A DNA stretch of 64,000 nucleotides from Sphyrna mokarran. Lineage: Eukaryota. The stretch lies in NCBI GenBank assembly GCA_024679065.1, contig JAGIQG010000033.1, positions 11,966,001 to 12,030,000 on the forward strand, written 5' to 3'. The notes beneath the pieces were generated by a model. It did no database searches. It had not been told where the DNA came from and saw only the letters and a list, made by a program, of their open reading frames with translations. This document shows positions 1 through 11,212 of this stretch, piece by piece (the stretch's first letter is position 1; every line of letters begins with the position of its first letter). A program made the translations under genes and the position numbers.

Positions 1-656
1 GTGTGTCCAGGCAACAGGCAAGGACACGGTAGTGTAGGGGACAAGAAACGCCTCCACGTGGTGGAAAAGGGAACAGAGGATACTTCCGCCAGATGGCAAT
101 CGAACCAGAGTGCCAAGTGGCGTGCTGGGTAACCAGCCACAGGAAGGCCCCATCGCAAATCAGGCACTGAAGTGGCCAGCAGCTGACCCTCGCTGGTGCC
201 AAGGGGGCTGGGGTGGACGCCTCACTCAGAGGCCGCAATCTCTCCTGCTCAGCAGTTGCCAGATCCGTGCAAGAGGCCCAGGGGCACCAAAGGACCAAAG
301 CTACAGGCAAGTGGCAGAAGGGTTTACGAGAGAGGAACAGGCGGGGGCTCAACTGCAAAATAAGGCGTTGCATGGGGGAGAGGGGGCTGTGAGGAGATGT
401 GAGTCATCAATCCCAAGAAAGAGGAAATTCCCCCCCCCACCACCGCAACCCTGGCAGGATTTACTTTTCGAGCTTCACCCACGAGTAATTCCGTGGCAAA
501 TCCAAGCGGTGGCAGGCGGAGGCTGGAATTCCTGGCCCATTTAAGGACCTTGGTTGGAACAGGAATGAGTCTTTCCAGCCTGGACTTAATCAGAGCAGAG
601 ATAGGAAAATGGCAGTGCCACCCAATTGAACAGTCCCACCGTCAAGCTGGCCAGAG

Positions 657-925
657 GGGATGGCACAGTGGATTAGCACTGCTGCCTCAGAATGCCAGGG
701 ACCCGGGTTCGATTCCCTGCTTGGGTCACTGTCTGTACGGAGCCTGCACATCCTCCCTGTGTCTGCGTGGGTTTCCTCCAGTTTCTTCCCACATTCAGAA
801 GAACATGCTGGTTAGGGTGCATTGACCTGAGCAGATGCTGGAGTGTGACAACTAGGGAAATTTTACACTAACTTCATTGCAGTGTTAATGTAAGCCTTAC
901 TTGTGATTAATAAATAAACCTTACT
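657..925 (+). mobile_element. HE1-like V-SINE, tail type B
   Basis: tRNA-derived head (A box tggcacagtgg, B box ggttcgattcc), conserved V-domain, tail ttttacactaacttcattgcagtgttaatgtaagccttacttgtgattaataaataaac. Confidence 0.85.
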
Positions 926-1212
926 TTTACTGGACCTGTATAATTCTACAGAATGTATCCTACACAGGGTCAATTCATACTCCATTTTAAAGGACAAATT
1001 ACGTATTCCTTAATGAAGTCATAAATACAGAATGATCCTTGGGATGTATTTTTGTCAGTGTGCATGCATTCATTCATTGGAATTTAATCCAAGCAAACCC
1101 TGTACAAGTTGTTGAATTTCAACATACGTTATTCTGCAATTCTTGGCACAGAAATGAAAATGTTGCAAATACGCAAAATATTTCTTTCCAGTAAGCCCCC
1201 CCACTGTCTTCG

Positions 1213-1735
1213 ATTTGATATGGTTTATTATTATCACGTTTATTGGGACACAGTGAAAAGTATTATTTCTTGCGTGCTATACAAAGTATACCATTCATAG
1301 AGAAGAAAACGAGAGAGTGCAGAATGTCGTTTAATGGTCATAGCCAGGGTGTAGAGAAAGATCAATTTAATATAAGGTAGGTCCATTCGAAAGTCTGATG
1401 GCAGCAGAGAAGAAGCTGTTCTTGAGTCAGTTGGACCTTAGACGTGTTGTATCTCTTTCCCTATGGAAGAAGGTGGAACAGAGAATGTCCGGAGTGGGTG
1501 GGGTCCTTGACTATGCTGGCTGTTTTTCCAGCGGGAAGCGTAGATGGAGTAAATGGATGGGAGGCTGGTTTGCGTGATAGATTGGGCTACGTTCATGATC
1601 CTTTCTATTGTTTTGCATTGGTGGGCTTTTGCGCCACGTGGAGGGGTCAGGGCCGGCTATTGGTGATCTGGACACCTAGAAACTTGGAGCTCTCGACCAT
1701 GAAGAAAAAGTTGGGGTTGCCATCGACCTTGAGAA
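1213..1735 (-). mobile_element. Rex1/Babar-type LINE 3' fragment
   Basis: Reverse complement of the same ORF2 end and tail. Confidence 0.75.
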
Positions 1736-2399
1736 ACGGAAACACTCCCAGCTGAGCCACCTGGCCACGTTCTGCCTAGAAGAATGAGTAAAGGAATGAT
1801 TGCTGGGCCTGGCACAAACTTGTGTTTAAAATATGCCACAATCCACACATCGAGAAGAGTGAGTCATCCCACGGATCTACACCACGATTAGCATCAAGTG
1901 CCTGCTCCAGTTAGTGAAATTGATGCAGCGTGAATTAGATAAGACAGAAAGAAGCAACACCTGAGATAATAACCTTAATATAATTTCGCTCGGAAAGGAA
2001 AAATAATTACACAGCCCAGACATGTCTAATCTCAAAAGAATGAGCCGTACCTTTGCCAGTTCCTTTGGAAAATCAAACCATTACGGAGAATAGTGATGGA
2101 TTAAATGTTAAACCCCGTTGGATGGCTAACTAAGATTCTATCGCACTGTCTGAAGGAGAGCAGCGAGGTTCTCCCCCAGCATCCTGACCGTTAATTAACT
2201 CTCGACCAGTGACGCTAAAGAAAACAGAGGACTATCACGTCCTGCGTGTAAATTACTAGATGCCGAAGATGCTCCATAGTCTGTGATATGCACTGAGTGG
2301 TTGCAATAGGTGCCACGTCAATGCAAGCCTTTGTATTTTTGCTTCAAGACTGAACAAAAAAGAGAGAGGATGATTGGTAGGTTACGACGTGTAACATAC

Positions 2400-2709
2400 T
2401 GGGTGGAATTCTCTGGCATCGTATGATTCTCACGCCAGGACTCTCCAGTCCCGCTGGCAAGGACTGCACAGCCCCGCCGGCAAGGACCGCACAGCCCCGC
2501 CGGCAAGGACCGCACAGCCCCGCCGGCAAGGACCGCACAGCCCCGCCGGCAGGATTATCCAATCATGCTGGCAGCGCACCCCTCTTTCCGCAGGGTGATG
2601 GAAATTCCCATTGACATCGCGGAACCAGGGAATCCCAATGCTCGCAAGCAACACGCCACCTCCCTGCTGGCGGGATACACGCTGTTAGGAGACTGGAAAA
2701 TCTCACCCA
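2400..2709. mobile_element. MITE-like element with imperfect TIRs (TGGGTGGAATTCTCTGG / CTGGAAAATCTCACCCA) and an internal minisatellite
   Basis: Terminal inverted repeats begin with GGG, as in PIF/Harbinger-type MITEs. Confidence 0.6.
2449..2551 (+). repeat. 23-bp GC-rich minisatellite, about 4.5 copies
   Basis: Unit ccccgccggcaaggaccgcacag; copies 2-4 are identical. Confidence 0.95.
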
Positions 2710-4699
2710 TTATTTACTTCAGCAATATCTGTCCTTTTCCAGCCTTTAAGCCATCACCAATTTTAATTTCCCCATCATTGGCAGCCGTGCCTTCAGCTGC
2801 CTGAGCCCCAAACCCCTTTCCTTCTCTGATCCTCTAAAAAAATCTCCCTCTTCGACCGAGCTTTCGGTCATCTACACATCTCCTTTTGTGGCTGGGTGTT
2901 AAATTTTGCTTGGCACCATTCTAGGAGAGTGCCTTGTGATGTTTCAATGTGTTAAGGATGTGATTTCAATGCAAGTTGTTGTCGCTCCCTTAGGGGGGAG
3001 CTAAATAAATTCTTCCTTCTGATCTCCAGCCTTATTTGAAAGTTGGCACGAGTAGAGTTGTAGTTAGCGGGCCCGCACTCTGAGTTTATATCTATCAGCC
3101 TGATCAGCTGGGCCTCAACTCTGCACGGTGCAAGGAACAGATCTCTTAGAAACGATAAAGTAAGAGCAGAGTAGGCTTACATTAACACCGCAATGAAGTT
3201 ACAGTGAAAATCCCCTAGTCATCACACTAGCCTGTTTGGGTTACACTGAGAAGAGAATTTAGCACGGCCCAATGCACCCTAACCAGCACGTCTTTCGGAC
3301 AGTGGGAGGAAACCAGAGCACCCGGAGGAAACCCATGCAGACCCATGCAAACCTATGCTTGATGCTGCCGGATTGGAACTGGTAAACAATTGGCACAGAC
3401 ACTTAGGCCCGCGACTCTGTCACTGCGACAGGTGACGGGTGGTGTGGGTGGGGGCACACAGGGGGATTGGCGCTGCTGCCTCACAGTGCTGGGATCTGAA
3501 TTCAATTCCCGGCTTGGGTCACTGTCTGTGTGGAGGTTGCACTGCGTCCGGCAGCTAGAGGATGTACGGGTTAGGTGGATTGCCCCCTTAGTGTCAGTGG
3601 GACTAGCTGGGGTAAATGCATAGGGGTCGAAGGAATGGGGCTTGGGTGGGATTGTTATCGGGGCAGACTCAATGGACCTCTTCCTTCTACACTACACAGG
3701 GGGAACTTGTTCTATTACTGGGAGGGGAACCACACATTGATCTCAGGCGGGACTTTCTGGTTTTGGGGCAAGCACAGCCGGAAAATCCCAATTTCCCCAC
3801 ATTACACTGCTCTCCGGAATTTTCCCTGCGTGGTATAAATACCACGCCATGGAGGAGCTCCACTCGCATTGTATTACCCTGTTAATTTTGGCACGAAACA
3901 GAAAGAATAATTCGATAGAAAGTCTTATTGAACCACTGGGAATGAAAAGTAAATTTACAATTCATCCCAGGAATCAGAGTGTATTTGTTCTGTGCAACTA
4001 AACGCAGGTTTAAATTACAGGCTTAACAGGATTGCAGATATAATTACATTTTGAATTAAAGAATCCACAGTGCTTCAAGGGGCAGAGCAGTGCAGAAATA
4101 TGAGCGACCTTTCACTAAAGTGGAATATATTTTCCCAGACCGGGTGGTGGGAAATCATAACCCCTCCTTCAACTCCAGAATTCAAAGAACAAAACAGCAC
4201 GGGAAACAGGCCCTTCGGCCCAACGAGCCCACGCCACCACCCCGATGTTCCCACCTCTACCCGCGATCCCTGTCTATGTTTATAGATCTATGGATTAAAA
4301 ACCAAATTTGAGGCAATTTAGGGAGAATTTGTTTTGCCAATTAGCCTAAGAGCACATCTTTGGGATGTGGGAGGAAACCGGAGCTCCCAGAGAAAACCCA
4401 CGCAAGCACGGGGAGAATGCGCAAACTCCCTCAGACACAGGCCCAAATCCATGTATCTGCACAGCACAGCGATAGTCACTGAGCTGTCGTGTTGCCCGTC
4501 AGATGGTCCAGGTCAAGCGTACACTAATGATGTGAAGCAGTAGGATACTCTCGAAAAAGATCCAAGAGCAGCCCTCTCACGACCCATCGCGTGTATGCCC
4601 CTCGTTAGACAACAAGGTGGACCAAAGCACCTGTAGGATAAAAACAAGCATATCAATATCATCATCTATTTACACACTTCCCAGGGACTCCCAAGGCTC

Positions 4700-5985
4700 T
4701 TAATCCCTATTTTAAATCAGTTTTCTATACCCCTCCATTCCCATTCTGTTCATGTGCCCATCTAAGTATTTCTTAAATAACTCCAGAGTGCCTGCCTCCA
4801 CCACTTTACTTAGCAGCGCATTCCATACCCCCACCACCCTCTGTGTGAAAAAAACTCCCTCTAGCATCCAAATTATACCTTACCCTCCTCACCCTAAGCC
4901 TGTGACCTCTCGTGCTATTTGAGTCCATCCTAGGAAAAAGCTTAACCCTGTTTACTCTATCTATACCCCTCATAATCTTGTACACCTCTATTAGATCTCC
5001 TCTAAGTCTACGTTTTTCTAAGGAAAACAGCCCCAATTTGCCTAACCTCTCCTCATAACTCAGACCTTCCATACTAGGCAGCATCCTGGTAAACCTCCTC
5101 TGCACTCTCTCCACGTCCTTCCGGTAGTAAGGCGACCAGAACTGGACGCAGTATTCCAAATGAGGTCTAACCAACGTTTTATACAAATGCAACATTAAAG
5201 GCCAGCTCTTGTACTCTATACCCCTTCCTATAAAGGCTAACATACTATATGCTTTCTTCACAACCTTTTCCACTTGCTCTGCCACCTTCAGAGACTTGTT
5301 CACCTGTACCCCCAGGTCCCTCTGCATTTCTATACTCTTAATAGGTCTACCCTTTATCATATACCTCCCCTCTACATTCTTTCTCCCAAAATGCATCACC
5401 TCATATTTATCAGGATTGAATTCTATCTGCCATCTATCTGCCCAAGCTACCAGCCTATCTATGTCCTGCTGCATCGCCTGACAATGCTCCTCATTATCCG
5501 CAAGTCCAGCCATCCTTGTATTGTCTGCACACTTGCTGATCACTCCACTTACTCCCTCTTCCAAGTCATTTATATATATTGCAAATAGAAGAGGTCCCAG
5601 TACCGAGCCCTGCGGCACACCACTAGTGACCGACCTCCAGCCAGAGAAACACCCTTCCACTATTACTCTCTGTCTCCTATTACCAAGCCAGTTACTTATC
5701 CATCTAGCTACCTGTCCTTGTATCCCATTTGCCTTGACCTTCTCGACTAACCTCCCATGAGGGACTTTGTCAAACGCCTTACTGAAATCCATACAGGCGA
5801 CACCAACAGCTCACCCTTCATCCACTGATTTCGTCACCTCCTCAAAAAATTCTACCAGATTTGTAAGGCACGACCTCCCCTTAACAAAGCCATGCTGCGT
5901 ATCCCTAATCAGATTGCAACGCTCTAAGTGCCTATACATCCTATCTCTAAGAATCCTCTCCAACAGCTTCCTTACCACTGACGTC
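4700..5985 (-). mobile_element. 5'-truncated CR1 LINE of a different subfamily; RT catalytic motif degenerate
   Basis: ORF 4806-5792 with [23 protein letters not shown] (normally FADDT) and RPHLEYCVQFW. Confidence 0.9.
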
Positions 5986-6127
5986 AAAATTCAGTGAATG
6001 TAAAACATCAGACCTGACAATATAGGCCATCTGATCAAGTTGTCCAACATCAGACAAGACCAAAGGAAAAGTTCTGCATTTCTATAGCACCTTTTCCAAG
6101 CTTAAAGTATCCTAAAGGCTTCAATAT

Positions 6128-6300
6128 CGCTGAAAAAAAGAGACTCGCATCGCCAAAACTTTTAGCACCCACAGTGACAGATGCAAGAAGACCAAATTTC
6201 AAACGCTCGCACCAATTCCTGCCAAGAAATTTGTTATTCATGCTTTTGTCCTGATGAGTGCAAGGTGAAAATCTTCGGTAGCACGTCTCTCTTTTCAGCA
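6128..6300 (+). mobile_element. Penelope-like (pLTR-derived) remnant with inverted ends and a minimal hammerhead motif at 6246-6281
   Basis: Ends gctgaaaaaaagagac / gtctctcttttcagc. Motif TTGTC CTGATGA GT gcaag GT GAAA atct TC GGTAG. Confidence 0.6.
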
Positions 6301-6618
6301 AGGTTGCTCAAAGAGCTTTGCAAAGTGATTCTGAAACGTAGTGATTGTTGCAATGTAGCAAATGAAATGGGGCGGCCAATCTGCGCACAGCAAGCTCTCA
6401 CAAATGGCCATTAAGATAGTGGCGTGTAATGGGAGATAGTTTTAGCCCATGCTGATCGGAAAATCCCACCCGAGGTCAACAGACCTTTGCATGGTCCATG
6501 CCCTGTCCTGCTACGATTCCCATGGCGAGCAGGATAGGGAAATTCCACCCATTAAGTTTTCCCAATGTTGGGTGAGGCATAAAATACTGAACAGAAGAAA
6601 ATCTGGGCAGTACTGAGT

Positions 6619-6893
6619 TAAAGTTTATTTATTAGTGTCCCAAGTAAGGCTTACATTAACACTGCAATGAAGTTACTGTGAAATTCCCCTCGTCGCCACA
6701 CTCCGATACATGTTCGGGTCAATGCACCTAACCAGCATGTCTTTCGGACTGTGGGAGGAAACCGGGGCACCCAGAGGAAACCCACGCAGATACGGGGAGA
6801 ACATGCAGACTCCGCACAGACAGTGACCCAAGCCAGGAATCGAACCCGGGTCCCTGGTGCTGTGAGGCAGCAGTGCTAACCATTGAGTCACCG
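6619..6893 (-). mobile_element. HE1-like V-SINE, tail type B
   Basis: Full head, V-domain and B tail in reverse complement. Confidence 0.85.
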
Positions 6894-7255
6894 TACTGTC
6901 CAAATGAGATATAGCTCTTGGGTCTAAAAGGATCACAGGATATGAGAGGAAGGCGGGATCCGGATTTTGGATTTGATGATCAGCCATGATCGAAAAGAAT
7001 GGGAGAGCAGGCTCAAAGGCCTCCTCCTGCTCTGAGTTTAAATAGGGCAAATGGGGGAGGCTCAGTGATTGGCAGTACTGCCTCACAGTGCCAGGGACCC
7101 GGGTTCGATACTGGCCTCAGGTCACTATCTGTGTGGAGTTTGCACATTCTCCCTGAATCTGTGTGGGTTTCCTCCGGGTGCTCCAATTTCCTCCCACAGT
7201 CCGAAAGACGTGTTGGTTGGCCGTGCGAAAATGACCCTAGATCAAGGGGATTCGC

Positions 7256-7507
7256 AGATACAAAAGTCTGAGGTCACGTACCAACCGACTCAAGAACAGC
7301 TTCTTCCCTGCCGCCATCGGACGTTTGAAAGGACCTACCTCACATTGAGTTGATCTTTCTCTACACCCTAGCTATGACTGCAACACTACATTCTGCACTC
7401 TCTCATTTCCTTCTCTATGAACGGTGTGCTTTGTCTGTATAGCTCGTGAGAAATAATACTTTTCACTGTATGTTAATACATGTGACAATAACAAATTGTC
7501 AAATCAA
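7256..7507 (+). mobile_element. Rex1/Babar 3' end inserted into a V-SINE (host 7060-7225 and 7507-7592)
   Basis: tacaaaagtctgaggtcacgtaccaaccgactcaagaacagc...gtgacaataacaaat. Similar copies at 12420-12670, 17435-17660, 46610-46970 and 59740-60210. Confidence 0.8.
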
Positions 7508-9889
7508 GGGTAAATGTGTGGGGTTGCGGGAATAGGGTCTGAATGAGATTGTGGGTAGTGTAGACTCGATGGGCAGAATGACCTCCTTCTATATCAAGCC
7601 GGTAGAAAATAGCAAATAAACTTTACGATGGGGAATTGTAATTGCAGGATTTTTATCTGTCATAAATTCAGCAAAGCTAAAGTGCTCCATCAAAATAACA
7701 ACCTTATAAAATTACTTAGGGCAGCTCTTTGGTTCCATAAATATGCTCAGTAAATTTTGAAGAGACTCAAGGGGAAAACCAATGCACGTTACATAACAGA
7801 CGGTCGATCCCAGGGCGGCAGCAAGACCCCTACCCACAGTGGCTCCTGCACTATTTCCCGATGCAGCGCCAAGCTACTTCTGCATGTCGCAACCTAGACC
7901 GTGAAACTGCAGTTTGCAAGAAGTCTAAGTTCCAAAATCTGGCAACTCTCCCACACCCTTCAGAAGATTTATACAATTCTTTCAGAGCAAGAGGAGGCCT
8001 TTTGGCCCATCAAGTCTGCACTGGCCCAGGACCTCCATAAGGATATATGGAGTTTATCCTTACTTTTATCAGGATAAACTCCATATATTTACCCTGATGA
8101 AAGTAATTATTTTATATTTCTCTTAGTTTTAGACAGCATACAAGCACTGACAGAGCTTGTAGTAAAGATAACTCACTCACATGTAGGTGCGATAAGAAAA
8201 TTAAACAAATAACCATGATTTTAAAACGCGTGAACTGATATTCTAACTGTATTTTAAATATGTTACTGTGAGTGTTCACTTTGGCCAATGCAAGTTACGA
8301 AAGGTAAATAGTTTAGAGCCAAAGGCATTGGAACCCATTCACTAGTAGAACTCATATCCGGGAGATTCTTATGAGGGAATGTATTTTGCAACAAAATGAA
8401 TAGGTTCAGTCACTGCCCAGACACAGAATAGATATGCTCCTGGATGCAGGAACATATGTCTATTCAAGCTTGGCAGTGAGTCATTGGGAACATCACTTTG
8501 ACCCTTACGGTGACCTCTACTGTAACCAGGCAACAGGGAAATAGCTTTAGCCAAAAAGGGAGCTAGCGTTTGGGCTAAATGGATGAATGAGAAACCAACA
8601 TGCTGTAAAACACAGTGCAATTGGCTGAGGTGGCTGATAGAGATTTGTATTGAGCTGTGTATATTAAATGAAATTAATTTTGAACGAACAAAGTGTGGGA
8701 AATCTGATCAGGAAAATATACAATAGTTCCGTTTTTCTGCTGCTAACTTCTGGACTTGTCCGAGAGGCCCGGTTATTCTATACCTGTGACCATCTCCCAT
8801 TGATCATTTGTTTTTAATAAACGTTTTACCTTTTGTGCTGTGACATTGGTTTCAGACTTCTTACTGTGCTCACCCCAGTCCAACACCAGTATCTCCACAT
8901 CATGGCTACCACTTGTATTAACACCGCAACAAAGTTACTGTGAAAATCCCCTAGTCACCACACTCCGGTACCTGAGAGAGGGAGTCCGGGTGTACTGAGA
9001 GAGAATTTAGCATGGTCAATGCACCTAAGAGTATCTACCTGGACATGTACTAATGATCTGGATGGGATGGAAATTTATTGACAATGGTTATGGGGAATGG
9101 GCAATTAAATGGCATCACCTCACAGAACCAGGGACCCGGGTTCGATTCCCAACTTGGGTCACTGTCTGTGTGGAGTTTGCACATTCTCCCCACGTCTACG
9201 TGGGTTTCCTCCGGGTGCTCCGGTTTCCTCCCATGGTCTGAGACACATGCTGGTTCGGTGCATAGGCTGTGCTAAATTCTCCCTCCCAAACAGGGAAGCA
9301 ACTAGAGGATTTTCACAGTAACTTCACTGCGGTGTTAACGTAAGCTGACTTGACAAATAAACTTTAATATCAGATCATCCATAGTCTTACTGAATGGTAG
9401 AGCAGGCTCGATGGGCCGAATGGTCCACTTCTGCTCCGACGTCTCATGGTCTGATTCAAGGTGAAAGAGAAATGGGAAAGACCTTCTCTTGAAAGACATC
9501 ATCACTGCCTGGCACTTTGATGGTACGAATGTTACTTGAAATAGCTGTCTCTTGGCACGAACGCATGGAGCAGTTTAAGATTCAAAACCTAGAGGTCAAA
9601 TATTTCCTAAAGCTTGGTCATCTTTGTTCTGGAATGCTGGTCAGCACCACAGCTTTGTGCTACACACAGCAGTAATACACCACATTTGCTTCCCACCGCG
9701 GTTCAGATTCATTTATCAATTTGTCAGATCGCTTCTGAGTAAATTTGTTCCTTCGCTGCTGCATTATCATTTGCCAAAAGAAAAAAATAAAATAAAACAA
9801 AGAGTTTGCTCTTAAATAGCATCATTCACAGTCCCAGCATGTTCCCAAAGCACTGTGTACCCAATATTGTTCACGATTGAAGACACAAG

Positions 9890-10456
9890 TCACATAGAAA
9901 GTAGAAGCAAGAGTAGGTCATTTGGCCCTTCCAGCCTGCTCCGCCATTCATTTTGATCATGGCTGATCATCAAATTCAATATCCTGATCCCCCTTCCTCC
10001 TTGATCCCTTTAGCCCCAAGAGCGAAATCAAATTTCTTCTTGAAATCACATTTTGGACTCAACTACTTTCTGTGGAGTGAATCCCACACATTCACCAGCC
10101 TCTGGGTGAAGAAATTTCTCCTCACCTCAGTTCTAAAAGGTTTACCCCTTATCCTCAAACTATGACCTCTCGTTCTGGGCTCCCCCACCACTGGAACATT
10201 CTTTCTGAATCTATCCTGTCTAACCCTGTTAGAATTTTATAAGTTTTTACGAAATCCCCTCTCACTCTTCTAAACTGCAGTGAATGTAATCCTGAGCGAC
10301 TTAGTGTCTCCTCATATGACAGACCTGCCACCCCAGGAATCAGCTTGGTAACCCTTTGCTGTACTCCCCCTATAACAAGAACATCCTTCCTCAGATAAAG
10401 ACACCAAAACTGCACACAATACTCCAGGTGTGGCCTCCCCAACACCCTGTACAGCA
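9890..10456 (-). mobile_element. CR1 3' fragment
   Basis: LYRVLGRPHLEYCVQFW...RRVRGD; 3' UTR with ggaagggccaaatgacctactcttgc tail. Confidence 0.85.
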
Positions 10457-10635
10457 AAAATCCCTATTCCTAAACTCAAATCCTCTTGCTATGAATGCCA
10501 ATGCATCATTTGCTTTCTTTGCCTCAATGCGATAAGTGATATATTTTCCATTTTTAAGGTGTCGCTGACAAGACCATCATTGACTGCCCTTAAGATGACG
10601 GTGAGCTACTTTTTTGCACCACTACCATCTGTGGG

Positions 10636-11212
10636 TGGCAGCACGATGGCACAGTGGTTAGCCTCACAGCGCCAGGGATCCGGTTCAATTGTGGTCTCCA
10701 GTTACTATCTCTGTGGAGTTTGCTTGTTCTCCCCATATCTATGTGGGTTTCCTCCGGGAGCTCCAGTTTCCTCCCACACTTCAAAGATATAGAGGTTAGG
10801 TGGATTGGCCATGGTAAATTGCCCCTTAGTGTTCGAAGATGTGCAGTTTAGGTGGATTGGCCGTGCTAAATTGCCCCTTGGTGTCCCAAGATGTGCAGGT
10901 TAGGTGGATTGGCCAAGCTATATTGCCCTTAAGTGTCCCAAAATGTGCAAGTTAGCTGGATTGGCTACGCTAAATTGCCCAGTAGTGTCCAAAGGTGTGG
11001 AGGTTCGATGGATTAGTTATGCTAAATTGCCCCTTAGTGTCCAAAGATGAGCAGGTTCAGTGGATTGGCCGTGCTAAATTGCCCCTTAGTATTGGGGGAC
11101 TAGCAGGGTGTATACATCAGGTTACAGGGTCCTATCCTGGGTGGGACTGTTGTCGGTGCAGGCTCAATGGGCTGAACGGCCACCTTCTGCACTGTAGGGA
11201 TTCTATGATTCT
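10636..11212 (+). mobile_element. V-SINE with CR1-type tail A and six internal 52-bp tandem units (10786-11093)
   Basis: Unit gatgtgcaggttaggtggattggccatgctaaattgccccttagtgtccaaa; tail ttctgcactgtagggattctatgattct. Confidence 0.88.

Noticed and set aside
110-825. ORFs of 144 and 110 aa
   Set aside because: GC-rich repeat-like or SINE-derived sequence with no homology that I recognise.
2051-2062. Possible 12-nt minus-strand micro-exon (aag|GAACTGGCAAAG|gtacgg) for a cytoplasmic tail
   Set aside because: Too short to distinguish from chance, and the AAG acceptor is weak.
2984-3002. CTCF-like gctcccttaggggggagct
   Set aside because: It lacks the conserved C of GGC and is better described as a short hairpin.
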